Origin: an uncultured Candidatus Rokubacteria bacterium
GTDB lineage: Bacteria; Methylomirabilota; Methylomirabilia; Rokubacteriales; DASRDR01
Direction: 5' to 3'
Assembly (NCBI GenBank): GCA_963826115.1
Contig: CAWGVS010000010.1
Coordinates: 288,001 to 352,000 of the forward strand
Length of the DNA: 64,000 nt
In this document: positions 38,888 to 48,645 of the stretch, in pieces
Numbering within the stretch: the first letter of the stretch is position 1
Layout: each line of letters begins with the position of its first letter
The notes under the pieces: generated by a model
Told to the model about the DNA's origin: nothing
The model's database searches: none
The model's input: only the letters and a program-made list of their open reading frames with translations
Position numbers and translations under genes: made by a program

Positions 38888-38912
38888 CTCCCGGTCCGTC
38901 CGGGACCTGGCC

Positions 38913-40658
38913 TCAGGCGCCCGTGCGTCCGGCGCTCCCCGCGCGCGTGACCAGAAAGTCGAAGTCGCAGCCCTCGGGCGCCTGGAGGACCCGCTCGCCG
39001 AACAGGCGCCGGTAGCCCCGAGCCGGCAACGCATCCGGCGCCCGCCAGGCCGCGCGGCGGCGGGCCAGCTCCACGTCGGGCACCAGGAGGTCGAGGCGCC
39101 GCGCCTCGGTGTCGAGCACGATCTCGTCCCCGTCCCGCACGAGGGCCAGGGGGCCGCCGACCGCCGCCTCGGGGGCGACGTGGAGGACGACGGTGCCCCC
39201 GGCGGTCCCGCTCATGCGCGCGTCGGAGACCCGCACCATGTCCCGGACGCCCGCCGCGAGGAGCTTCCGCGGGATCGGCAGCGATCCCGCCTCCGGCATC
39301 CCGGGACCGCCCACGGGCCCGGCGTTCTGCAGCACGAGGACGCTCTCCGGCGTGACGGGCAGCGCCGGATCGTCGACCCGGGCCGCGAGGTCGCGGAGAT
39401 CGCGGAACACGCAGGCGGGCCCGCGGTGACGGAGGAGGGCCGGCGTGGCGGCGGAGACCTTCAGCACGGCGCCGTCGGGCGCGAGGCTCCCGCGCAGGAT
39501 CGCGAGGCCGCCCTCCGCCTTGAACGGCCGGTCGAGCGTCGTGACCACGTCCTGCCACGCGCCGGGCGCGACGACCTCGTCGAGGAGCGCGCCGAGCGCC
39601 CGCCCCGTCACCGTCGGCGCGTCCAGGTGGAGAAGGGGCGCCAGGGCCTTCATCACTGCCGGGATGCCACCCGCCTCCGCGAGGTCCTCCATGTGGTACT
39701 TCCCCGACGGCCGGACGCTCGCGACCATCGGGGTGGTGCGGGCGAACCGGTCGAAGTCGTCGAGGTCGAGGGGGATCCCGGCGCGCCCGGCGATCGCCGG
39801 CAGGTGGACAACCGCGTTCGTCGAGCCGCCCACCGCCATGAGGACGCGGACGGCGTTCTCGAACGCCGCGCGCGTCAGGATCCGGGAGGGCCGGAGGTCC
39901 TCCTTGGCCATCTCGACGATCCGCCGGCCCGCCGCCTCCGCGAGCCGGAGGCGGCGCGAGAGCGGCGCGGGGATGGCGGCCATGCCCGGGAGGGTCATCC
40001 CGAGGGCCTCGGTCATCGCGGCCATCGTGCTCGCGGTCCCCATGACCATGCACGTGCCGGTCGAGGGGAAGAGCTCGCCCTGGATCGCCTCCATGCGAAG
40101 GGCGTCGATCTCTCCGGCTCGGTGCTCCGTCCAGAGCCCGCGACAGTCGGTGCAGGCGCCGAGGCGCATCCCCTCGTAGCGCCCGGTGAGCATGGGGCCG
40201 GCGGTGACGACGATCGCCGGCCGGTCCGCGCTCGCCGCGCCCATCAGCTGCGCGGGCAGCGTCTTGTCGCAGCCGCCCAGGAGGACGACGCCGTCCATCG
40301 GCTGGCCGAGGATCATCTCCTCGGTGTCCATTGCCATGAGGTTTCGGAAGAGCATGCTCGTCGGCGAGAGGAAGATCTCGCCGAGCGAGATCGTCGGGAA
40401 CTCGAGGGGGAGGCCGCCCGCCTGCCACACGCCGCGCTTGACCGCCTCGGCGACCTCGCGCAGGTGGCGGTGGCACGGGTTGAACTCGCTCCACGTCTGG
40501 GCGAGGCCGATGACGGGGCGCGACAGGTCCTCGCTGGTCAGCCCCGCCCCGCGGGCGAAGGCCCCTCGCACGAACATGCTGAACTCGGGATCGCCGTAGT
40601 TCGTGAGACCGCGGCGGACTCCGGTCGGTGAAGCGGGCTCTCGGACGTCGTCAGCCAT
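38913..40658 (-). CDS. IlvD/Edd family dehydratase (sugar-acid dehydratase-like)
   Basis: NPCH, PTSMLFRNL, GCDKT, GTCMVMGTASTM, GGSTN, GMPE, SDARMSGT, HVAPE; GAGGAAGGAG before ATG 40658. Confidence 0.92.
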   Translation of the reverse strand: MADDVREPASPTGVRRGLTNYGDPEFSMFVRGAFARGAGLTSEDLSRPVIGLAQTWSEFNPCHRHLREVAEAVKRGVWQAGGLPLEFPTISLGEIFLSPTSMLFRNLMAMDTEEMILGQPMDGVVLLGGCDKTLPAQLMGAASADRPAIVVTAGPMLTGRYEGMRLGACTDCRGLWTEHRAGEIDALRMEAIQGELFPSTGTCMVMGTASTMAAMTEALGMTLPGMAAIPAPLSRRLRLAEAAGRRIVEMAKEDLRPSRILTRAAFENAVRVLMAVGGSTNAVVHLPAIAGRAGIPLDLDDFDRFARTTPMVASVRPSGKYHMEDLAEAGGIPAVMKALAPLLHLDAPTVTGRALGALLDEVVAPGAWQDVVTTLDRPFKAEGGLAILRGSLAPDGAVLKVSAATPALLRHRGPACVFRDLRDLAARVDDPALPVTPESVLVLQNAGPVGGPGMPEAGSLPIPRKLLAAGVRDMVRVSDARMSGTAGGTVVLHVAPEAAVGGPLALVRDGDEIVLDTEARRLDLLVPDVELARRRAAWRAPDALPARGYRRLFGERVLQAPEGCDFDFLVTRAGSAGRTGA

Positions 40659-40745
40659 GGGCGCGGCTCCTTCCTCTCGATCGGCTGGTCGTGCGCGGTG
40701 GCGGTGCGGCGATGATACCGCCGCCCGGGGTATGATGAGCGGGCC

Positions 40746-43157
40746 GTGGCCTCGAGCTCCGCCAGCGCGCGCCTGACCGACGAGGAGCGCCGGCTCCTGC
40801 TCCGCATCCAGGACCGGCTCCTCTGGCTCACCGCCAACACGATCCACCACGCGAACAGCCGGCGCGCGAACCCGTCCCCGGAGCGCGTCGGCGGGCACCA
40901 GTCGAGCTCGACGTCGTCGCTCTCCCTGATGACGGCCCTCTTCTTCAAGATCCTGCGTCCGGGTGACCGGATCGCGGTGAAGCCCACGGCCGCGCCGGTC
41001 TTCTACGCGATCCAGGTGCTGCGGGGCCTCCTGCCGCCCGAGGGTCTCCGCGCGTACCGGTCGCTCGGCGGCCTCCAGGCGTACCCGAGCCGCGTCAAGA
41101 ACCCGGACTGGTTCGACTTCTCGACGGGATCGATGGGTCTGGGCGCCGTGGCCCCGGGCTTCGCCACCCTGATGGATCGGTATGTCCGGGACCGCTTCGG
41201 CGGCGCCGGCGAGGCGGAGCCGGGGCAGCCGCCCGCGGTCCCGCGGCCGCGCAACATCGCGGTCGTCGGCGACGCGGAGCTGGACGAGGGGAGCGTGTGG
41301 GAGGCCTGGACCGAGGAGGCCATGGCCGACCTCGCGGGCCACGTGGTCGTCGTCGATCTGAACCGCCAGAGCCTCGACCGCGTCGTGGGCGACCACCGGA
41401 GCCGGCAGCTCGACCGCCTCTTCCGGGCCCTCGGCTGGCACGTGGTGACGCTCCGGTTCGGCCGGCGCCTCGAGCGGCTGTTCGCGGAGCCGGGCGGCGC
41501 ATGGCTCCGCGCCCGGCTCGAGGCGATGGAGAACCTCGAGTACCACGCGCTCCTCCGGCTGCCGGCCGCCGCCGCGCGGAAGGCGCTCGGCGAGGGCGCG
41601 CCGCCGGAGACGGTCGGGCGTCTCGAGGCCCTCGGCGACGCCGAGGTCGCGGCGCTTCTCGCCGACCTGGGCGGCCACGACCTCGACGCGATCGTCGAGG
41701 CGTTCGCGGAGGCAGACGCCGTGGCCGACCGGCCCACGGCCATCCTGGCGTGGACGCTCAAGGGATGGCGCCTGCCGTTCGCCGGCGACCCCTTGAACCA
41801 CGGCGCGCAGGTCACCGGCGAGCAGCTGGCCGCGCTGCGCCGAGAGCTCGGCGTGCCGGAGGACGACGAGTGGGGCGGGTTCCCGCCCGACAGCCCCGAG
41901 GGCCGTCACGTCCGCCGCCTCCTGGCGGAGGGCATCGGGCTCCCGCGGCGCTTCCGTCCGCCGCCCCTCGTGACCATTCCCCATGGAGTCGAGCTGCCGC
42001 CGCGCCCCACCACCTCCACCCAGGAGGCGTTCGGCGACGTGTTGGCCGCCCTCGGCCGTCAGCCCGGGCTCGACGCCGCTCTCGTGACCGTGTCGGCCGA
42101 CGTCGCGACCACCACGCACCTGTCGGGCTGGGTCAACCGGCGAGGCGTCTACACGACCCGCGAGCGCGACGACGCCTTCGAGCGCCACGGGCTCCGGCCG
42201 CTCATCCGCTGGAAGGAATCGCCCGCCGGGCAGCACCTCGAGCTCGGGATCGGGGAGGCGTCGTTCTTCGTCCTCCTGTCCGTGCTCGGTCTGGCCCCCG
42301 AGCTCACCGGGCGACGGCTCCTCCCGATCGGCACGCTCTACGACTGCTTCCTGCCGCGGGGCCTCGACCCCTTGCTTCACGCCACGTACTCGAAGGCGCG
42401 GTTCGTCCTGGTCGCGAGCCCGTCCGGCATCACCCTGGCCCCGGAGGGCGGCGCCCACCAGTCGGTCGTGACGCCGGCGCTCGGTATCGAGGTGCCGAAC
42501 CTCCGCGCCTACGAGCCGACGTTCGCGCGGGAGGTCGAATGGCTCCTCCTGGAGGCGCTCCGCGTCATCCAGGATTCCGAGCACGGCGAGCCGGTGTACC
42601 TCCGGCTCTCGACCAAGACCGTCGACCAGGCGCTCCTTCAGCCGGCGCTCGACCGCCTGGGTGAGGAGGCCCTGCGCGCCCAGGTGCTGCGGGGCGGGTA
42701 CCGCCTCGTCGACCGCTCGGCCGAGCCCGGGTACGAGCCCGGCGCGAACGTCGTGACCCTGGTGGCGACCGGCGTGATGGTCCCCGAGGCCGTGGAGGCC
42801 AGCCGGGAGCTCGCGGCCGACGGCATCCACGCCAACGTGGTCGCGCTGACCAGCCCGCGCGCGTGCTACGCGGAGTGGCGCCGCCAGGTCGACGCCGTGG
42901 TGCAGGGGGCGGCACCGGGCCACCCGTGGGCGCGCGAGCTGTTCCCCGCCGAGGACCTCGAGGGCGAGGTGCCCGTGGTGACGGTCCTGGACGGCCACTC
43001 TCACGCGCTGGCGTGGCTCGGCACCGTGCTCGGCGTTCCCCACGTACCGCTCGGCGTCGACGCCTTCGGCCAGTCCGGGGCCCGCGCCGATCTCTACCGC
43101 CACTACGGCATCGATCCGGGAGCGATCGCGCGCGCCGCCCACGCCCTCCTGGCCTAG
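40746..43157 (+). CDS. AceE-like homodimeric ThDP enzyme (pyruvate dehydrogenase E1/transketolase-like)
   Basis: GGHQSSSTS, GLQAYPS, STGSMGLG, GDAELDEG...NRQSLD, LAPEGGAHQS, LGVDAFGQSG. Confidence 0.88.
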   Translation: MASSSASARLTDEERRLLLRIQDRLLWLTANTIHHANSRRANPSPERVGGHQSSSTSSLSLMTALFFKILRPGDRIAVKPTAAPVFYAIQVLRGLLPPEGLRAYRSLGGLQAYPSRVKNPDWFDFSTGSMGLGAVAPGFATLMDRYVRDRFGGAGEAEPGQPPAVPRPRNIAVVGDAELDEGSVWEAWTEEAMADLAGHVVVVDLNRQSLDRVVGDHRSRQLDRLFRALGWHVVTLRFGRRLERLFAEPGGAWLRARLEAMENLEYHALLRLPAAAARKALGEGAPPETVGRLEALGDAEVAALLADLGGHDLDAIVEAFAEADAVADRPTAILAWTLKGWRLPFAGDPLNHGAQVTGEQLAALRRELGVPEDDEWGGFPPDSPEGRHVRRLLAEGIGLPRRFRPPPLVTIPHGVELPPRPTTSTQEAFGDVLAALGRQPGLDAALVTVSADVATTTHLSGWVNRRGVYTTRERDDAFERHGLRPLIRWKESPAGQHLELGIGEASFFVLLSVLGLAPELTGRRLLPIGTLYDCFLPRGLDPLLHATYSKARFVLVASPSGITLAPEGGAHQSVVTPALGIEVPNLRAYEPTFAREVEWLLLEALRVIQDSEHGEPVYLRLSTKTVDQALLQPALDRLGEEALRAQVLRGGYRLVDRSAEPGYEPGANVVTLVATGVMVPEAVEASRELAADGIHANVVALTSPRACYAEWRRQVDAVVQGAAPGHPWARELFPAEDLEGEVPVVTVLDGHSHALAWLGTVLGVPHVPLGVDAFGQSGARADLYRHYGIDPGAIARAAHALLA

Positions 43158-43320
43158 GCGCGCGTCCCGCGTCGCGGGTGAGGCTTGACAGCCTTCGGGG
43201 CGCCGGGCTTTAGTAGGGAGAACCCCGCGCGCGGCGCACCCACGAGCCGGATGCGCTCGCGTCGGCGCCGGCGCGCGGCGGCCGGGCAGCCCGGCGCCCA
43301 GCCCCAAGGAGGCGCGACAC

Positions 43321-43866
43321 ATGGCATTGTTCGGACAGCAGTCTCGCAAGGACGAACCCGTTCCGAAGTCCGAGTCCCTTCCGAGACCCGAGCCACGAAT
43401 CGAGCCGCCCCCGGCGCCGGTGATCCCGCCGGCCCCGCTTGTGACGGCGACCACGCGACGCGTAGAGGAGGCGCCGATGTCGATGACCACGCCCAAGGGT
43501 TCCGAGTCGATCCTCTCCGCGGGCCTCACCATCGAGGGGAAGATCGAGGGCAACGGCAACATCCGCGTCGCCGGCCGCTTCAAGGGCAACGTCAACGTGA
43601 AGGGCGAGCTGACCATCGAGCCGGGCGCGTCCATCGACGGCGAGGTCAAGGCTGACACCGTGCTGGTGGGCGGCGAGGTCCGCGGCCACCTCATCGCGGT
43701 CTCTCGGGTGGAGTTCAAGGAGTCCGGGACGCTGATCGGCGACCTCAAGGCGGGTAGTCTCACCGTGGCGGCCGGGTCGAAGATGCGCGGCAAGGTCGAA
43801 TTCGGCTGGAAGGAAGGAGAGGTCGAGGCCCTCCACCCGCCCGAGCCGAAGACCTCCGCGCACTGA
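43321..43866 (+). CDS. Bactofilin (polymer-forming cytoskeletal protein)
   Basis: SILSAGLTIEGKIEG..IRVAGRFKGNV...GEV..DTVLVGGEVRG...LIGDL beta-helix pattern; Pro-rich N-terminus; AAGGAGG RBS. Confidence 0.9.
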   Translation: MALFGQQSRKDEPVPKSESLPRPEPRIEPPPAPVIPPAPLVTATTRRVEEAPMSMTTPKGSESILSAGLTIEGKIEGNGNIRVAGRFKGNVNVKGELTIEPGASIDGEVKADTVLVGGEVRGHLIAVSRVEFKESGTLIGDLKAGSLTVAAGSKMRGKVEFGWKEGEVEALHPPEPKTSAH

Positions 43867-43876
43867 GGTCTCACCG

Positions 43877-44222
43877 ATGACCGGTGAGGCGTGGAACTGT
43901 CCCCACTGCGGGGAGCGTATCCTCCGGAGTGCGCCCACCTGTCCCGCGTGCCTCCGCCACCTCCGGTTCGACGCGGTGGCGGTGGCGCGGCCTGCGCGCG
44001 AAGCGGTGTGCGCGTTGACGGTGGACGGCACGATCCGGCATCCCGGCGCCGAGGCTCCCTGGGAGTATTCGGTGCTGATCGAGATCCACGACGAGCGGGA
44101 CGAGATGGTCGCCCGCCGCGTCGTGGGCGTCGGCGCCCTGCGTCCCGGAGAAGGTCGGAAGTTCACCCTGCGCGTCGAGGTCTTGGTTCCCGGAGTCTTC
44201 GCGACTGACCGCCGCGTCCTGA
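43877..44222 (+). CDS. Double CxxC (zinc-ribbon) protein with a beta-rich C-terminal domain; ORF as given runs to 44425 but probably ends near 44222
   Basis: CPHC..CPAC..HLRFD; GTIRHP..WEYSV..VVGVGAL.PGE.R.FTL.VEV. Confidence 0.7.
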
Positions 44223-44231
44223 GCCTGTACG

Positions 44232-44254
44232 CCGAGTCGCGGGTCGCGACTCGG
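44232..44254 (+). other. Hairpin after the Zn-ribbon gene
   Basis: CCGAGTCGCG-GGT-CGCGACTCGG, a perfect 10-bp stem. Confidence 0.5.
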
Positions 44255-44376
44255 GTGCGACGGCGGGGGTCACTGGCGGGTTTCCGGGTTCGGTTCGGCC
44301 CCGAGGGGTCGCGCGCGGCCCGCGCCGAAAGCCTGAACGGCCGGCTGCCTCGGCCGGCCTCGATGAGGAGGCGATC

Positions 44377-45985
44377 ATGGGAAGCTTCCTGCTGCCTCTC
44401 GCGTTGGTGGTCCTGGGGCTCATAGCGGCGCCGTCCGCAGCCACAGCGCAGGCGTCGAAGTCGGGTGGCATCCTCACCGTCACCCAGCGCGAGGACCTCC
44501 CGCAGGGCTTCGCGATCCACGAAACCTCCACGATTTCCACGGTGTGGCCGTCAATGCCGTGCTTCAACAACCTGGTGCTGTTCGACCCCCTGAAGACGAT
44601 CGAGAGCCCGGACACGATCATCGGCGAGCTGGCCGAGAAGTGGTCCTGGCAGGACGGCTACCGGAACCTCGTGTTCTTCCTCCGGAAGGACGTGAAGTGG
44701 CACGACGGAAAGCCCTTCACGTCGAAGGACGTCAAGTACACCTTCGACATGCTGCGGGAGGCGCCGGACTCGCCGCAGAAGCTCCGCCTGAACCCGCGGA
44801 CGGACTGGTACGCCAACGTCGAGGCGGTCGAGGCGGCCGACACCTACACGGTCATCTTCCGCCTGAAGCGACCGCAGCCATCGCTCCTCATGATGCTGGC
44901 GTCCGGCTACAGCGCCGGTCTACGCCGCCCACGTGCCGCCCGCCACCTATCGGACCGGGTGCGTCGGGACCGGGCCCTTCAAGCTGAAGGAGTGGCGCAA
45001 GGGCGAGTTCGTCGAGTACGTGAAGAACCCCGACTACTTCGTGAAGGGCCGACCCTACCTCGACGCGCTCAAGTACATCGTGATCAACGAGCCGGGCACG
45101 CGGATCGCGGCCCTCCAGACCGGCCAGGTCGAGGTGTCGTTCCCGAACGAGGTGTCGAAGACCAACGCGGAGCAGCTCCGGGCCGCCAATCCCAAGCTGG
45201 TCATCACCCCGTTCAGCATCAACACCAACGACAACATCGTCATGAACATGAAGAAGCCGCCCTTCGACAACGTCAAGGCGCGGCTCGCCGTCAGCCACGC
45301 GATCGACCGCCGCGCGCTGATCCAGGCCGTGCACGCGGGCGGGGCGGTGCCCGGCGCGTCGTTGGCACCGCAAGCCCTACGGTGTCTGGGGCCTCCTCGA
45401 GCCGGACATGACGGCGCTCGCCCGGATACGGCAAGCCGGCGGACGAGAAGGCCAAGGCGCGGAAGCTGCTGGGCGAGATCGGGTTCTCCCCGCAGAACCC
45501 GCTCCGGATCGAGATGGTGACGCGGAACATCGCCGTCTACGTCGACGATGGCGTCGTTCGTCGTGAGCGAGCTGAAGCAGGTCGGGATCGAGGCCACGCT
45601 GAAGCAGATCGAGACGGCCCAGTGGCATCCGATGGGGACGCGCGGGGAGTTCCAGATCGCGGCGAATCTCACCGGGATCGGCCCCGACGACCCCGACGCC
45701 AACTTCTACGAGAACTTCGCCTGCGGCTCGCCGCGCAATTACAGCATCTACTGCAACGAGCAGGTCATGGCCCAGAGTCGATCAGCAGTCCCAGGAGCTC
45801 GATCCCGAAGAAGCGCCTGGCCTGGTCCAGGCGAGTCCAGAAGAAGCTCGAGGAGCGACGTGGCGCGCCCGATCCTGGACTGGCGGCTCGACTACTTCAT
45901 CGTCTACCCGTACGTGAAGAACCTCATCCCGCACCAGTCGATGTACAACTTCGGGCGGCTGCAAGAGGTCTGGCTGGACAAGTAG
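44377..45985 (+). pseudogene. Family-5 ABC substrate-binding protein, frameshifted (probably assembly indels)
   Basis: Continuous SBP homology split across frames: LRKDVKWHDG / GTGPFKL..NPDYF / LQEVWLDK. Confidence 0.8.
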
Positions 45986-46057
45986 CACCGGGACCCCTCT
46001 GACGCCGGCGCGCCGCGGAGGATCCCGGATCGCCGGCGGCGTGTCTCGGAGTGCGCC

Positions 46058-47016
46058 GTGAAGAGCTACCTGGCCCAGCGGCTCGCCGTCGCGCTCCTGA
46101 CGCTCCTCGGCATGTCCATCGTCATCTTCGTCCTGCTCCGGATGGCGCCGGGCAACATCGTCGACGTCCTCTTCGCGACCGCCGGCCTCGTCGATCCACG
46201 CGGGAGAAGGAGGCCATCCTCAAGGAGCTCGGGATGGACCGCCCCTCACTGGGTCCAGTACCTCGACTGGCTCCGCGGGATCCTGAGCGGGGACCTCGGC
46301 AAGTCGTACCGGTACGAGCTGCCCGCGTGGCAGCTCATCCGGCCGCTGCTCCCGGTCACGCTCGAGCTGGCCGGGCTGTCGATCGCGATCTCGGTGCTCC
46401 TGGGCGTGCCGACCGGCGTGATCAGCGCCCTCCGCCAGGATTCCCCGCTCGACTACGTGCTTCGCCTGCTGAGCCTGGCCGGCCTCTCCATGCCGTCCTT
46501 CTGGCTGGCCATGGTCATCATCCTGACCCTCGTCGCCTGGTTCGACTGGATCCCGCCGATGACCTACGTGAGCCCGTCACAGAACCTGCGACTGCACACC
46601 CTCCAGTTCCTCCTGCCGGCTCTGGCGGTCGGGCTATCGCTCGTCGGCCCTGATCATGCGGATCACCCGCTCGGCGCTCCTCGAGGTCCTCCGCGAGGAC
46701 TACATCCGCACCGCGCGGGCCAAGGGTCAGCGACCCGCCGTGGTCGTCTGGCGGCACGCCCTCAAGAACGCGATGCTGCCCGTGGTCACGGTCATCGGCA
46801 TCGAGTTCGCGTTCATGATCGGCGGGCTGGTGGTCACCGAGTCGGTGTTCAACCTTGCCGGGCGTGGCCCGGTTCCTCGTGCAGGCGATCCAGTGGCGCG
46901 ACTACCCGATGGTGCAGAACCTGGTGATGTTCATCGCCATCGTGGTGATCCTGTCGAACCTGGCGGTCGACCTCCTGTACGGCGTCCTCGACCCTCGCGT
47001 GCGCTATGGCGACTAG
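46058..47016 (+). pseudogene. DppB-like permease, frameshifted
   Basis: EVLREDYIRTARAKG and RDYPMVQ..DPRVRYGD* lie in different frames. Confidence 0.8.
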
Positions 47017-47914
47017 CACCCCCGCGGCGACGCGCGAGGCCCACGGGCTCCATGCGCCCCGGCCATCCCGTCGGTCGGCCGGGACGCTCTGGCGCTTCGC
47101 CCGGAGGAAGCCGCTCGGAGCGGCCGGCGGCGTGATCATGGCGGTGATCGTCGTGACGGCGGCCTTCGCGGGCCTCGTGGCGACGCACGACCCCGGATCG
47201 CCGACGCGGCGCGCACGTTCGCGCGGCCGAGCGCCTCTCACTGGCTCGGGACCGACAGCATGGGGCGCGACATGTTCTCTCGCATCGTGCACGGCGCGCG
47301 GGTGTCCCTGATCGTGGGCGTGGCATCGACGCTCCTCGGGTCCGTCGCTGGGCGGCGTGATCGGCCTCCTGTCCGGGTATGCCGGCGGCCGGCTGGATCT
47401 CGTGACGCAACGGGTGCTCGACATCCTCCAGGGGCTGCCGCTCCTGGTGCTGGCGATCGTGATGTCCGCCGCGCTGGGGCAGTCGATGACGAACGTGATC
47501 ATCGCGATCTCCGTGCCGATCGTCCCGCGGGCCGCGCGCGTCGTCCGGTCGAGCGTGCTGTCGATCCGCGAGATGCAGTACGTGGAGGCCGCGCGGGCGC
47601 TCGGGCTCCGTCACCTCCGGATCGCGTTCCGCCACATCCTGCCCAACACCATGGGGCCGTTCATCGTGCTGTGCACCGCGCAGCTCGGCAGCGCGATCCT
47701 CGTCGAGGCCGCGCTGTCGTTCCTGGGCTTCGGGGTGCCGGAGCCCTACCCGTCGTGGGGTCGCATGCTCTCGGTCTCGGCCGCCGAGTACGCCCAGAAG
47801 GCGCCGCACCTCGTATTGTTCCCGGGCCTCGCGATCAGCATCGCCGTCTTCGGTTCGAACCTCCTCGGGGACGCGCTCCGCGACACCCTCGACCCCCGCC
47901 TCCGGGGCGGGTGA
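47006..47914 (+). pseudogene. DppC-like permease, frameshifted
   Basis: [11 protein letters not shown] and [16 protein letters not shown] lie in different frames. Confidence 0.8.
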
Positions 47915-47960
47915 GGGGACCGGCGGTGCTAGAATCGCGCGGGAGCCCCCCGTGCCCGCC

Positions 47961-48419
47961 ATGACCGACCCCCACGCCGACCTCGCGCCGCCGCCCGTCC
48001 AGCCCGGCGACCCCCGCCGCCTCGGCCTGGCGGAGCTCGTCGGGCAGCTCCTGGCCGGCGCGGCCGCGCTTGGCCGGGGCTACGAGGCGGCCGCCCCCCG
48101 GGCCCCCGAGGCGCTTCGGCGCGCCCTCCGGGAGCTGGCCCGGTCGAAGGAGGGTCTGGCGGCCACGCTGGCCCCCCTGGCCCGAGCCCTCGGGGGGCCG
48201 GGTCCCACCTCTCCGCCGCCGCACCCCCCGGAGATGGCCGGCGAGTGGGGTGTGGCCCTGGGGGAGGCGTTCCAGGGCGAGCGAGCCCTCGAGATGGCCG
48301 GCCGGCAGCTGGGCGCCCTGGCGGAGGATCCGGCAGTCCGGGCCCTGGCCGCCCGGCTGGCCGCCGGGGCGGCCCGGGACGGGGCAGAGGTCCGCAAGCT
48401 CTACCTGCGGTACTCCTAG
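47961..48419 (+). CDS. Hypothetical helical protein (possibly ferritin-like four-helix bundle)
   Basis: Ala/Leu/Arg-rich amphipathic helices ending VRKLYLRYS; extended -10 TGCTAGAAT at 47927-47935. Confidence 0.55.
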   Translation: MTDPHADLAPPPVQPGDPRRLGLAELVGQLLAGAAALGRGYEAAAPRAPEALRRALRELARSKEGLAATLAPLARALGGPGPTSPPPHPPEMAGEWGVALGEAFQGERALEMAGRQLGALAEDPAVRALAARLAAGAARDGAEVRKLYLRYS

Positions 48420-48491
48420 GGCCTCCGGGCCCCTACCGGTCGCCCCCTCTCAAAGTCCCGTTTTTCTCTTTTTCGAACGGCATTTTTCCCC

Positions 48492-48557
48492 TTGACAGCC
48501 CCCACAGCGACCGCTAGTATCCCGCGTCAAGTGGGATGAAGTGGGATGCATGCCCAC
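48492..48557 (+). promoter_or_regulatory. dcw (mraZ) promoter with MraZ-box repeats
   Basis: TTGACA-17-TAGTAT (48492-48520); AAGTGGGATG x2 at a 10-bp period (GTGGG at 48531 and 48541); inverted CCCAC at 48501 and 48553. Confidence 0.85.
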
Positions 48558-48645
48558 AAGCAACCGTTTTCAGGCCCATTTCGGGGTTGGGATGGGCGAG
48601 GACGGCACGGGTCGTAACGCCTGACACGGCGAGGGCTGCGGCACG

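Noticed and set aside
40659-43874. Apparent 1653-aa IlvD fusion
   Set aside because: The N-terminal ~1070 aa are antisense to the AceE-like and bactofilin genes; an SD supports the start at 40658.
44900-47350. Programmed ribosomal frameshifting in the third ABC cassette
   Set aside because: There are too many breaks, no slippery heptamers, and three genes are affected; sequencing error is more parsimonious.
48529-48548. AAGTGGGATG tandem repeat as a CRISPR or VNTR
   Set aside because: Only two 10-bp units with no spacers; it is explained as MraZ boxes.
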